Assembly: GCA_026707225.1 (NCBI GenBank)
Contig: JAPOXG010000104.1
Location: forward strand, 425-64,424
Length of the DNA: 64,000 nucleotides
DNA from: Chloroflexota bacterium
Lineage (GTDB): Bacteria; Chloroflexota; Anaerolineae; Aggregatilineales; Phototrophicaceae
Direction: 5' to 3'
The notes below the pieces were generated by a model. That model saw only the letters and a program-made list of their open reading frames with translations, was not told where the DNA came from and did no database searches. Numbering within the stretch: position 1 is the first letter of the stretch; every line of letters starts with the position of its first letter. The position numbers were made by a program, and so were the translations under genes. Of this stretch, positions 54,879-64,000 are shown piece after piece.

Positions 54879-55769
54879 ATGAAAAACGTAGCCGTAGTCG
54901 GTCTCGGCAACATGGGCATGGGCATGGCGAATAACTTGCTCGCCGCCGGCTTTGAAGTGACTGGATTCGACCTGCGGCCCGAGCGCGGTCAAATGCTGGC
55001 GGAGCAGGGCGGAACGGCAGCGGCGTCGCTGATGGATCTGGCCGATGCCGATGTCGCACTTGTCATGGTGATGAGCGGCGCCCAGGTGATGGATGTGGTC
55101 GCGGGCGCGGGCGGGCTGCTGCGTTGCCTGCGCGATGGCGCGACCATCATCGTCTCCGCCACCATCCAGCCGTCCGAGATGCGCGCCGTTGAAGACGCCC
55201 TCAGCGGGAGCGGCCTTCACTTGATTGACTGCCCGGTCAGTGGCGGGCAATTCGGCGCTGAGGCTGGTACGCTGACCATGATGGTCGCGGCGAAGCGGGC
55301 GGTGTTTGACGAGAATCAGGATGTGCTGAACGCGGTCGGCGAGAAGATCTTTCACGTTGGCGAAGCGATTGGCATGGGGCAGACGGTCAAGGCCGCGCTG
55401 CAAGCTTTGATTGGCGTCAGCTTCGTCGGCATCTTTGAGTCGCTGGCGCTGGGCGCGGCCGCTGGCGTCAACGGCGAGACGCTCTTCAAAGTATTCAGCA
55501 GCACCCACGTCGCCGATACGCTCTTCTTCAAGAACTGCGCCGAACGCATCATGCAGCGCGAGTTTGAAGATACCGGCAGCCATATCAGCACGATGGTCAA
55601 GGATATTGGCATCAGCATGGCTTTGGCGCGCGAGAATGGCATGCCGCTGTTCGCCACCAGCGCCGCCTACGAGTTGTTTCAGGCTGGCATCTCTCGCTTT
55701 CCCGAAGGCGACAACTGGGCGATCGTCAAGCTGCTGGAAGAGTTTTCCGGAACGGAAGTTCAATGGTGA
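54879..55769 (+). CDS. NAD(P)-dependent 3-hydroxyisobutyrate/6-phosphogluconate dehydrogenase-family oxidoreductase
   Basis: VAVVGLGNMGMGMANNLL dinucleotide motif and the GQTVKA conserved segment. Confidence 0.85.
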   Translation: MKNVAVVGLGNMGMGMANNLLAAGFEVTGFDLRPERGQMLAEQGGTAAASLMDLADADVALVMVMSGAQVMDVVAGAGGLLRCLRDGATIIVSATIQPSEMRAVEDALSGSGLHLIDCPVSGGQFGAEAGTLTMMVAAKRAVFDENQDVLNAVGEKIFHVGEAIGMGQTVKAALQALIGVSFVGIFESLALGAAAGVNGETLFKVFSSTHVADTLFFKNCAERIMQREFEDTGSHISTMVKDIGISMALARENGMPLFATSAAYELFQAGISRFPEGDNWAIVKLLEEFSGTEVQW

Positions 55770-55788
55770 CTTTATTTCTGCGTACGAT

Positions 55789-55888
55789 GTAGGGGCTACC
55801 CATTGGGTCGCCCGCCACCCACCTTTTGTAGGGGCGAGCCGCCGGCTCGCCCGTACGCATATTTGAAAGGATAGGCTCGCCCGTACGC
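55789..55888. repeat. Three REP-like elements
   Basis: GTAGGGGCTACCCATTGGGTCGCCCGCC, GTAGGGGCGAGCCGCCGGCTCGCCCGTAC, and the half-element ATAGGCTCGCCCGTACGC. Confidence 0.7.
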
Positions 55889-55944
55889 GCTTTTTGATTG
55901 AAGCGCTCGCGCGCGACAGAGACGCATAAACAGGAATCCATCAA

Positions 55945-56808
55945 ATGGCAAAAGTCGGCGTCATCACAGACGGGATCAGCCGCGAATTCGAGCGCGCGCT
56001 CGCCGTCATGAATGAATTCGGTTTGACGCAGGCCGAATTGCAGTATCTCTGGGATGTAGAAGTGGGAGACCTCTCCGACGCGCAGTTGGATCGGGTCCAG
56101 CGTTTGGTGGCGGCGCACGAGGTCGAGGTCTCTTGCATATCGCGTCATGTCTTCGGCGGCTTGGCGCTGGACGGCCTGTCGGCGACCGCGCCCGCCTATC
56201 AGGAGCATCTGGCGGATTTGAACCGCTGCATCGATATGGCGAAGGCGCTTGATTGCCCGCTGGTGCGCATCATGAGCTTCAAAAAAGAGATGATCCTCTT
56301 CGGCAGCCAGGGCGCCGAGGAGTGGAATGTGGCGCAGGGGGCCTGGGATAAAGCGCGCGAATTGATCGGCGGGGCGGTGCAAATTGCCGAAGATCGCGAC
56401 ATCACGCTTGTTGTCGAGACGGGCAACAACGCCATAACCAACTCCGCATTCCTGGCGCGCCGCCTGGTGGATGAAATTGGCTCGGCGCGCTTAAAGGTGA
56501 TGTGGGATCCGGCGAATGCGCTTTATTCCACAGAAGCGGCCTACCCCAACGGCTACCAGGCGCTGAGAGGCGTCCTCGGGCATATCCACCTCAAGGATGT
56601 GGTCGTCGAGATCTCCAAGGCGACCATCAGTTGCCGTCAGTTGGGTACGGGTCAGATGGCGCCTTACCTCGCTGACATAGCGACCGCGCTGAAAAACGAT
56701 GGCTACGCCGGCGCAATCTCGCTGGAATCGGTCTATCGTCCGCTGGGCGGCAGTTTCGAGGATGGCTTCCGCGCATCTGTCGGCGCGCTCAAGGCGATGT
56801 TTGGCTAG
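55945..56808 (+). CDS. Xylose-isomerase-like TIM-barrel protein
   Basis: LVVETGNN, WDPANA, HIHLKD and SLESV ligand pattern. Confidence 0.8.
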   Translation: MAKVGVITDGISREFERALAVMNEFGLTQAELQYLWDVEVGDLSDAQLDRVQRLVAAHEVEVSCISRHVFGGLALDGLSATAPAYQEHLADLNRCIDMAKALDCPLVRIMSFKKEMILFGSQGAEEWNVAQGAWDKARELIGGAVQIAEDRDITLVVETGNNAITNSAFLARRLVDEIGSARLKVMWDPANALYSTEAAYPNGYQALRGVLGHIHLKDVVVEISKATISCRQLGTGQMAPYLADIATALKNDGYAGAISLESVYRPLGGSFEDGFRASVGALKAMFG

Positions 56809-56867
56809 CGGCTGCCGCGGTATTGCCCAATTCAAACATCGGAGTACTATAAACCTACGCTTCTGTA

Positions 56868-59111
56868 TTGAGATTGCTTATGCGTTCTCTGATTCATCAT
56901 CGCTGGCGGCGAGACCGTCTGCCATTGCTGCTATATCTGGTCGCCTTCATCGTGATGACGCATCCGCTCGTCTTCCACATGCATGATTCGCTGCCGATTC
57001 ACAATTCGGATACATATAAGGCGCTTTGGCAAAATTGGTGGATGCGGGAAGCGCTTGTTCGAGGGCTCGATGTCCACTTCAGTGATTTCGAGTTTCATCC
57101 AATTGGCGTGGATCTTAGCCTGGAGGCGCGCCGCTGGACGACCTTCCCCCTGTGGACAGCGTTTTACACTGTATTTGACGACCCGCTTGCCTTCAACCTT
57201 GTATCGCTCGTTGGCATTTTGTTTAAAGCCTACGGGATGTATCTGGTCGGGCTTTTGCACTTCCGGGCGCGGATACCGGCCTGGGTGACTGGCGGTTTCT
57301 ATGCCTTAGCGGCGCCGGCGCTGATGCTGGCATTGCGCCAGCCAAATTCCGGCGCCACGGAGTGGATTCCCTGGCTCGTACTGGTATTGGCTTACGGACT
57401 GGAACGCCTGCGCGCGGGGACCGAATTTCGTAGGACCGGCAACATCATGTTGCTTGCTGGACTGATCTTTTCGCTCAATGTGTATATGCACCTGCGGATC
57501 GCCATTTTCGCCATGCTCATAGCCGGCGCCTACCTCTTGTGGAGCGCTGTTGCCTACAGGCTTTGGGCGCGCCGCCGGTTTTGGCTGGCTGTGGGGCTCT
57601 TCGCCGCATCAGCAACAATAAGCAGCGCGCCTCTGCTGCTTATTGCGCTGAATTCAGAACAGTTCGCATTTGCCATTGATCGACCGGTTGAGCGAGGGGC
57701 CGAGGGCGCCATCGATTTGTTGAACCTCGTTAAGGCCGATCACGACTGGCCTCTGAACGCCAAGCAGGTCATCGCATCGCTCAGCGGCGATCAACTGGAA
57801 GTCGGCTGCCTTTGCAAGGGCATGTCGCAAGTGGGCATAGTAGGTCTCGCCTTCGCGCTGATGGGCGCCGTATACATAGTGCGATTCCGGCGGGACCAGG
57901 CGGTTTGGATCGTAATGGCGGTCTTTTCCTTGTTGCTAAGCTTTGGCGTCGTATTCTACGTTGATGGCAAAGCTCTCGACATTTACTGGACGCCTTACCG
58001 CCTGCTGGAGGGGAATTTCTTCATTCGCGCGCTGTGGCATCCCTTTCGGATGGTGATCGTATTCTTGTTTCCCTTTTCGATTTTGGTTGGATACGGATTG
58101 CAAAGCCGGCTGCGAACGGTCAAGCTTGACCGGCGCGGCATGATCATGATGGTGGTGTCGGTCGTGGCGCTGCTTTACGGTACGAGCATATTTCCCTTGT
58201 CTATGCAGAAGTTTTCGCGCCCCGCCTATGTGTCGGCGCTGGCGGATCTGCCCGCGGGCGCGGTCATCGATTTGCCGATGGGCCACTTTCCGGCGAAATA
58301 TTATATGGCATTGCAACGTTATCACGGCCGCCCTATGGTGGAGGGGATGCTGCCGCGCACACCGCCACAAGCCTATGACTATATCGATGCGAACCCCGTC
58401 TTGCTCGGTCTGCGCAATTTGTCAAGGAACCGGAGCGCCCCGGGCCTGACCGAGGCGGAATGGCGCGCCGCTGTCGCCGATCTGGAGCGCGATGGCTTTC
58501 GCTACCTCATCCTGCACAAACTTGTGCCGCGCGCAGTCTCGCGCGTGGTTCGGCTGCCCAAATCAATCGAAGAGCTCTTCATTTCTTCCGTGCCGGTTTA
58601 CAAAGACGATTACGGCAGCGTCTATGATCTCACGATGTGGAACGGACCGTTTACACTCGATGGGCGGGAAGGCTTCCATGAGCTGCCAGACGGCGATCGC
58701 GTTGCCATTCACGCCGGCGAAAACCTCATCATGCGCCAATGGTCGTTGATAGGCGCAGCGGATGTGACGCGCTGTCAATGGGTATCTATCGAAAGCTGGT
58801 GGGAGACTGTCGAAGCGGATCCGCTTTCTTACGGCTTGACGCTGATACTCGCGGACGAAGACGGCAATAGTCAAGTCGCGATCGGAGAAAAGGCGCCGGC
58901 CGATTTGCCGACGAACGAATGGCGGGCCGGTGTCTATTATCGCGACCGGACCTCAGTCTTTATCCCTTGCAATATAGAAAGCGGCAAGTATCTGTTGCTA
59001 TTGGGCATGAAAGACATCGTGCATGGTCCATCGCTCGCGCTGAAATATGCCGACGGGAGTGCCATAGGAACGCTATATTATTTGACCACGCTGAATGTTT
59101 CAGCGGATTAA
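56868..59111 (+). CDS. Large polytopic membrane protein with a C-terminal soluble domain (GT-C/YfhO-like; function unknown)
   Basis: About 12 TM helices in the first 430 aa or so, followed by about 300 aa of soluble sequence. The early loop motif (HMHDSLP...NSDTYKALWQNWW) resembles undecaprenyl/dolichyl-dependent glycosyltransferase-like proteins. Confidence 0.45.
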   Translation: MRLLMRSLIHHRWRRDRLPLLLYLVAFIVMTHPLVFHMHDSLPIHNSDTYKALWQNWWMREALVRGLDVHFSDFEFHPIGVDLSLEARRWTTFPLWTAFYTVFDDPLAFNLVSLVGILFKAYGMYLVGLLHFRARIPAWVTGGFYALAAPALMLALRQPNSGATEWIPWLVLVLAYGLERLRAGTEFRRTGNIMLLAGLIFSLNVYMHLRIAIFAMLIAGAYLLWSAVAYRLWARRRFWLAVGLFAASATISSAPLLLIALNSEQFAFAIDRPVERGAEGAIDLLNLVKADHDWPLNAKQVIASLSGDQLEVGCLCKGMSQVGIVGLAFALMGAVYIVRFRRDQAVWIVMAVFSLLLSFGVVFYVDGKALDIYWTPYRLLEGNFFIRALWHPFRMVIVFLFPFSILVGYGLQSRLRTVKLDRRGMIMMVVSVVALLYGTSIFPLSMQKFSRPAYVSALADLPAGAVIDLPMGHFPAKYYMALQRYHGRPMVEGMLPRTPPQAYDYIDANPVLLGLRNLSRNRSAPGLTEAEWRAAVADLERDGFRYLILHKLVPRAVSRVVRLPKSIEELFISSVPVYKDDYGSVYDLTMWNGPFTLDGREGFHELPDGDRVAIHAGENLIMRQWSLIGAADVTRCQWVSIESWWETVEADPLSYGLTLILADEDGNSQVAIGEKAPADLPTNEWRAGVYYRDRTSVFIPCNIESGKYLLLLGMKDIVHGPSLALKYADGSAIGTLYYLTTLNVSAD

Positions 59112-59188
59112 CTGGGGCAAGTTGCTCAGCATTATAGAGTACAATTCCTTGACCTTGCTAAACGAGTATTCAATCATAAGGAGCCACC

Positions 59189-60049
59189 ATGCCAATCCCT
59201 ACAAAAGCATTCGGACGCACGGGCCACTCGAGCACGCGCGCGTTATTCGGCGCGGCTGCCTTCAGCAGCGTGACCCAGGACGAAGCCGATCGCACGATGG
59301 AGCTGCTACTCGAGCGCGGCGTCAACCATATTGATACCGCCGCCGGTTATGGCGACGCCGAGCTAAGAATAGGTCCCTGGATGGAGAGCCATCGCGAACG
59401 CTTCTTCCTCGCCACCAAGACGGGCGAACGCCGGTATGATGGCGCCAAGGCGGAGTTTGAGCGTTCGCTGCGACGCCTCCGCGTCAGCCAGGTTGACCTG
59501 ATTCAGCTGCACAATCTAGTGGGCGAGGACGAATGGGAAGTCGCCATGGGGCCCGGCGGTGCCCTGGAATACTTGATTGAGGCGCGTGAGCAGGGCTTGG
59601 TCAAGTATATCGGCGTGACGGGCCACTTTGTCGCCATTGCCGGCATGCATCAGCGCAGCCTGGAGCGCTTCGACTTTGATTCGGTGCTGCTGCCTTACAA
59701 CTATCTGATGATGCGGAATGAAACTTACCGCGCCGGCTTTGAGGCGGTCTTGCGTACCTGCAAGGCGCGGAACATCGCGGTGCAAACGATCAAGGGCATT
59801 ACCCGCCGCCCCTACGTCACCGACCATCGCAGTCACGCCACCTGGTATGAACCGCTGACGGACCAGCCGAGCATCGATAAAGCGGTGCATTGGGTGCTGG
59901 GAAATGAAGACGTCTTCCTGAACACGGTCGGCGATATTCATCTTCTGCCCAAAGTGCTGGATGCGGCGGCGCGCTTTGAAGAGCGGACGCCCGAGGCGGT
60001 CATGGAGGCGATGGCTGCTGAATGGGAGATGGCGCCCCTGTTTGTGTGA
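59189..60049 (+). CDS. Aldo/keto reductase
   Basis: [19 protein letters not shown] and GVTGH pattern. Confidence 0.85.
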   Translation: MPIPTKAFGRTGHSSTRALFGAAAFSSVTQDEADRTMELLLERGVNHIDTAAGYGDAELRIGPWMESHRERFFLATKTGERRYDGAKAEFERSLRRLRVSQVDLIQLHNLVGEDEWEVAMGPGGALEYLIEAREQGLVKYIGVTGHFVAIAGMHQRSLERFDFDSVLLPYNYLMMRNETYRAGFEAVLRTCKARNIAVQTIKGITRRPYVTDHRSHATWYEPLTDQPSIDKAVHWVLGNEDVFLNTVGDIHLLPKVLDAAARFEERTPEAVMEAMAAEWEMAPLFV

Positions 60050-60159
60050 CGGTAGCTGCGTCATCGGTAGTCAAGAGCAAGTCGCTTCAGGACAATGATC
60101 TCGAAGCGGCTCGCCGTTCATTTTGACACCAGAGCGCGCCAGAAAGTTCCATAGACTCG

Positions 60160-60570
60160 ATGAAGATAACAACAAAAGTCCGACGATGGGCGATATTCTC
60201 TATTTTAGTCCCGCTGTTGCCAATGATTTTCGCTGGTATTCTCAAGCTGGGCCAAGGATCGGGACTAGAATATCAGAGTCTGCTTGGCGGTACTGAACTG
60301 TACATTCTGTCAGTTACGGTTCTTGCTTCCACCAAGAACGATCTGGACAACTCAGAAGCGGATTTCTCTCAATTTCGTGTGTATAATGTACTTACTGAAA
60401 CGTTGATCGTTATGATGATAATCATTAGCATGATGTTCGCCGCAGTCTATATTCACGGGCATGTACAGAAGATAGGTATAGCAGTCATTCGCGGCGGACG
60501 CAGGGATATTCTTAGGGGTATTATCAACACTAATTTGTATTGCGCTGCAGGTCATGCTGTTTACTGCTGA
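60160..60570 (+). CDS. Hypothetical membrane protein in an AT-richer segment
   Basis: 136-aa ORF with 3-4 hydrophobic helices. I recognise no motif. Confidence 0.35.
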   Translation: MKITTKVRRWAIFSILVPLLPMIFAGILKLGQGSGLEYQSLLGGTELYILSVTVLASTKNDLDNSEADFSQFRVYNVLTETLIVMMIIISMMFAAVYIHGHVQKIGIAVIRGGRRDILRGIINTNLYCAAGHAVYC

Positions 60571-60594
60571 GAAGCATGGAACCAGGAGCAACTC

Positions 60595-60762
60595 ATGATA
60601 GAAACGCTGATGCTGATTGGCCTGGGTATAGTCTTTCTGTATACAATTGTACTGGTTTCCACCGTTACCTATGACGTGCTGACCGGGCGCATAAAGCGGC
60701 TTGAAGGCATCGCGCACAAGAGCAATCAAGCCCCTCTTGTTGAACAGCGGCAAGACACATAA
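60595..60762 (+). CDS. Hypothetical small membrane protein (55 aa)
   Basis: MIETLMLIGLGIVFLYTIVLVSTVTY is a single TM helix followed by a polar tail. GGAG lies 8-9 nt upstream. This ORF is not in the supplied track because it is shorter than 60 aa. Confidence 0.25.
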   Translation: MIETLMLIGLGIVFLYTIVLVSTVTYDVLTGRIKRLEGIAHKSNQAPLVEQRQDT

Positions 60763-60789
60763 GTCGGGGCATTGCCCTTAGCGCGCGAT

Positions 60790-61722
60790 TCACGGATACG
60801 AAGTCAACTCCACCTGCGGCAGGAAGCGCTCCATGTCGGCCAGATCGTAGGCGGCTGTCCCCGGTTGCAGGCAGACGGCCGTCGCGGCCGCGATGCCTAG
60901 GCGCAAGCCGTCTTCCAGCGGCGTATCGTGATGCAGCGCGTGCGCCAAGCCGGCCAGAACAGCGTCGCCGGCGCCGGCCGGGCTGCTGACCTCGACCGCG
61001 ATTGGCGGGATGCGATAGCTGCGATTTTTGAGCAGCGCCAGCGCCCCGTCTTTGCCCCTGGTGATGATCACTTGCGTGCCGAATCGCGCTCGTATCTCGC
61101 GGCCGGCTTCATATAATTCAGCGTCCGATTTCAGCTTGCGCCCCACCAGCGCCGAAAGTTCGTGCTCATTTGGCTTGATGAAGCTGGGGCGAGCGGCCAA
61201 GCCGGCGCTCAGATTCGGCTCGGCGGCATCGAAGATCACTGGCACGGCGTGGGCGTGCGCCAACTCAATCGCGTCGGCGTAGAATGCCGGCGTCATGCCC
61301 GGTGGCAGCGAACCGCCAGTGATGACGACCGACGCCGATGGCAGCGCCGCTTGGTAGCGTTCGCGCAAAGCAGCGAGATGCGCGGGCTCGACGGTCATGG
61401 AAGCGGTTGTGATCGTCGTGTGCTCGCCGGTGGCTTCGTCGATGATGACGGTGTTAATGCGCGTTTCGCCGCCGACCTCGATAAAGTCGATGGTCACGCC
61501 GAGTTCTTCCAGCATACGTTTCACTTTTTCGCCGACAGCGCCGGCCGCCAAGCCCAGCGCCAAGCTGCCGACGCCCATGCGACCCAGGACCCAGGCGGCG
61601 TCGGTCGGCTTGCCGCCCATGCTGTGATAGGCGCGCGTGGCGCGAATGGTGGTGTTGGTCGCCAAGGCCGGGACGAAGACGGTCAGGTCAAGCGTGGTGT
61701 TGGGAGTGAGGGAGACGATCAT
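60790..61722 (-). CDS. PfkB-family hexose-phosphate kinase (1-phosphofructokinase/tagatose-6-phosphate kinase-like)
   Basis: MIVSLTPNTTLD N-terminus, GGKPTD, and the C-terminal anion-hole motif PAGAGDAVLAG. Confidence 0.8.
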   Translation of the reverse strand: MIVSLTPNTTLDLTVFVPALATNTTIRATRAYHSMGGKPTDAAWVLGRMGVGSLALGLAAGAVGEKVKRMLEELGVTIDFIEVGGETRINTVIIDEATGEHTTITTASMTVEPAHLAALRERYQAALPSASVVITGGSLPPGMTPAFYADAIELAHAHAVPVIFDAAEPNLSAGLAARPSFIKPNEHELSALVGRKLKSDAELYEAGREIRARFGTQVIITRGKDGALALLKNRSYRIPPIAVEVSSPAGAGDAVLAGLAHALHHDTPLEDGLRLGIAAATAVCLQPGTAAYDLADMERFLPQVELTSYP

Positions 61723-61729
61723 TGATCTT

Positions 61730-62428
61730 TTAGTCGTCTCCGAAGTTTGCAATCGCCGTTTCCATGGCGGCGCGCTCATCGCGCAGCAGCGGGCTGGCGC
61801 CCAAATATTGCGACATCATGATCATGTAGGCGTTGGTATCGAGGCGCTCGACGGCGTCCAAGGCCGCTGGCAGATTCTTCCCCATCAGAAAGAAGCCGTG
61901 CCAGGGGGCGAGCGTGCCAGCGGCATGTTTGGCGATCATCGACTCGCGGCCCCGCATGGTGGCGACGATGCGCTCGCCCAGCTTGGGGCTGTGGGCGGGG
62001 GCGTATTCGATCACTGGCGTGACGCCGAATTTGCGCGTGGCTTCCATCGCCGGCGGCATTTCCATATTGGCGCAGGCGAAGACCAGCAGATTGCGCGGAT
62101 GAGCATGGATGACGGCGGTCCCGTAATCGGCAAAGTTCTCATGCAAGCCGAAATGCACGGCGCTCTCGCGGGTCAAGCCGCCATCGCCGTCGAGGATCTC
62201 GCCGCCGTCGTTGACCACCAGCACATCCTCCGCTTCCAGCTGCCATTGCTTGTTCTGCCCGGCCAGCGTGGGGGACATGCAAAAGACATCGCCGACGCGC
62301 AGGCTGATGTTGCCGCCGCCGGCGTCGGTCAAGTGGCGGTCGAACAGAAAGCGCCCTATGCGCGCCACCAGCGCCCGCCCGGCAACCACCTCGTCAGTCA
62401 GCACTGCTTGCGTTCCCAGCATTCGCAA
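61730..62428 (-). CDS. Class II aldolase/adducin-family protein
   Basis: GGNISLRV, HAHP and related motifs typical of the fuculose/ribulose-phosphate aldolase fold. Confidence 0.8.
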   Translation of the reverse strand: MRMLGTQAVLTDEVVAGRALVARIGRFLFDRHLTDAGGGNISLRVGDVFCMSPTLAGQNKQWQLEAEDVLVVNDGGEILDGDGGLTRESAVHFGLHENFADYGTAVIHAHPRNLLVFACANMEMPPAMEATRKFGVTPVIEYAPAHSPKLGERIVATMRGRESMIAKHAAGTLAPWHGFFLMGKNLPAALDAVERLDTNAYMIMMSQYLGASPLLRDERAAMETAIANFGDD

Positions 62429-62576
62429 TTCTCTCCCGTTTTCGATATAATTCCATTATAACTTCCCGCATTGGCTAGACAAAGCATACGCTTGATTGCA
62501 AGCCACTTTTGCTTTATCAGATTAGAATCGGTCGTTAGGTCCGAGAACAAATGGCTGGCTGAGAAAGGGATAGACA

Positions 62577-63548
62577 ATGCACGAAATTTACCCGCTACCA
62601 CAAGCGGTAGCTGTCCCCAAAGTCTACAAGCCAGAGTTCAGCTTTAATCGCATTCTTACTGGTGATGCTAGAGACGTAATGCCACAACTGCCTTCCAATT
62701 GTGTCGATCTTAGCTTTTGGTCACCTCCTTACTTTGTAGGCAAGTCGTATGAAAAAGATTGGAGCTTCGACGAGTGGCAATCGTTGATTAAGGAGGTTAT
62801 TTCTCTGCATTCGCGAGTCTTGAAGCCGGGCGGATTTATGGCAGTCAATATAGGGGATATTCTGTGCTTCCCGGACGATTCCATGCCACGATTTCAAGCT
62901 GACAACGTACGGCGAAAGAAAAGCCCAGTAACAAGGGAACAAATAATCAAGCTAAAACAGCAATATCCAAACGCGCGGCGAGTTGAGCTTGCGAAGATGC
63001 TCGGTTGTAGTGAGCAGACGGTGCAACGACGGTTAGAACACAACAATGTTCGCGGTGGCAAACAGATTGCATCCACTAGGGTAAAGCTGACCGGCTGTTT
63101 GGTAGAAGAATGGGCGCTGCATGCTGGACTGTATCTATATGACCAGCGCATCTGGCACAAAGACCCGTGTTGGGCGAATTGCCGCTGGCACTCAAATTCC
63201 TATAGAGCAGTCGATGAATTTGAACACATCTACGTTTTTTGGCAACCTGGTATAACGGAATACGATCGTCAGCGGTTAAGCGGTAGCGAATGGTCTGAAT
63301 GGGGATCGCGAGGAGTTTGGCAAATTCGATCTGTGCAACGCAATGATCGGCATGAAGCCGAGTTTCCCGAAGAGCTTGCTAGACGCGTAATTCGACTTTT
63401 TTCGCCAGCTAAAGGGGTTGTTCTGGATCCATTCGTCGGTTCTGGCACAACTACCGCAGTAGCTAGACAGCTTGGCAGACGGTGGCTCGGAATAGAGCTA
63501 GACGATCGTTACGCCGAAGAAGCGCGGATGAGAACAAATGTCACCTGA
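62577..63548 (+). CDS. Beta-class N4-cytosine/N6-adenine DNA methyltransferase with an internal HTH insertion
   Basis: Motif IV FWSPPY precedes motif I DPFVGSGTT, which is the beta permutation. The inserted segment TREQIIKLKQQYPNARRVELAKMLGCSEQTVQRRLEHN looks like an HTH. The region is AT-richer. Confidence 0.85.
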   Translation: MHEIYPLPQAVAVPKVYKPEFSFNRILTGDARDVMPQLPSNCVDLSFWSPPYFVGKSYEKDWSFDEWQSLIKEVISLHSRVLKPGGFMAVNIGDILCFPDDSMPRFQADNVRRKKSPVTREQIIKLKQQYPNARRVELAKMLGCSEQTVQRRLEHNNVRGGKQIASTRVKLTGCLVEEWALHAGLYLYDQRIWHKDPCWANCRWHSNSYRAVDEFEHIYVFWQPGITEYDRQRLSGSEWSEWGSRGVWQIRSVQRNDRHEAEFPEELARRVIRLFSPAKGVVLDPFVGSGTTTAVARQLGRRWLGIELDDRYAEEARMRTNVT

Positions 63549-64000
63549 CCAATTGGAGACTTTGGAACAGACATCATTTTCGATGGTAACGCAAGCGCTA
63601 ATGGACTATGCCTCGCAAGCGGTTGATATTTTCAAAGAAGAAGTGGATAAGCCTCAAGACATAGCCGAAGACGTCACCAGAGAAGCCATTGAATTAATGG
63701 GCTTACCTCAGATACACATGCGACTCTACGGTAAGGTTGACATCAAGAAAGCCGTTTATGTCTTCCTGCCAGAAGCTATTCCTGTTGCTCTTATGCTTGA
63801 CGCGAAAGCAGAAAAGCCAAGTGGCGCAGGTACAGCTACAATTCAGATGTCGCAAACCTCGATGCGTGTGAAAATGTGGCGCCAAAATCAAGCTATTGAC
63901 GAGGCAGGTAAATTACCGTCATTTATAGAACGTGACGGCCGGAATCTTTATGTTGTTACAGTATTTGCGAAGTACATCTACGATGTCATCGACGGTGCAC
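63538..64000 (+). CDS. Putative type II restriction endonuclease (5-prime partial, runs off the window)
   Basis: The reading frame is open from the ATG at 63538 to the window end, and overlaps the methyltransferase stop by 11 nt. A candidate PD-(D/E)XK arrangement is present (GKVD...MLDAKAEK). Confidence 0.45.
   Translation, partial: MSPDQLETLEQTSFSMVTQALMDYASQAVDIFKEEVDKPQDIAEDVTREAIELMGLPQIHMRLYGKVDIKKAVYVFLPEAIPVALMLDAKAEKPSGAGTATIQMSQTSMRVKMWRQNQAIDEAGKLPSFIERDGRNLYVVTVFAKYIYDVIDGA

Overview
This is a high-GC bacterial window that is densely coding. About 70 ORFs are supportable. I recognised no rRNA, tRNA, CRISPR array, integrase or transposase.

Most of the window is accessory metabolism:
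- three CUT1-type sugar ABC loci and one Dpp/Opp-type ABC locus
- many Gfo/Idh/MocA, SDR, MDR and xylose-isomerase-like TIM-barrel enzymes
- three PhyH-family dioxygenases

DNA-metabolism genes are also present:
- recJ
- a three-gene helicase/helicase/nuclease operon that looks like a split AddAB or AdnAB machine

The other blocks that stand out are:
1. A compact replication and partition module at about 12.3-17.3 kb. It contains a small wHTH gene, ParA, an atypical ParB, two parS-like palindromes, a PrimPol-type Rep, and a candidate countertranscript RNA.
2. A visibly AT-richer single-gene insertion at 47.2-48.5 kb, encoding three tandem T5orf172/GIY-YIG-like modules.
3. An AT-richer two-gene cassette of unknown function at 24.5-25.2 kb.
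4. Toxin-antitoxin loci: HepT/MNT, and MazEF with an extra frameshifted mazE copy.
5. An ECF sigma factor fused to ankyrin repeats.
6. A sulfotransferase / flippase-like / ADC-fold / 2xSDR operon.
7. An AT-richer type II restriction-modification pair running off the 3-prime end of the window. Its methyltransferase carries an internal HTH insertion.
8. A dispersed family of GC-rich palindromic REP-like elements (GTAGGGGCGA...TCGCCCCTAC) in at least 11 intergenic regions.

Gene content and the REP-type hairpins suggest a Chloroflexota-like organism, but this is weak inference. All functional calls come from motif recognition by eye. No database search was possible.
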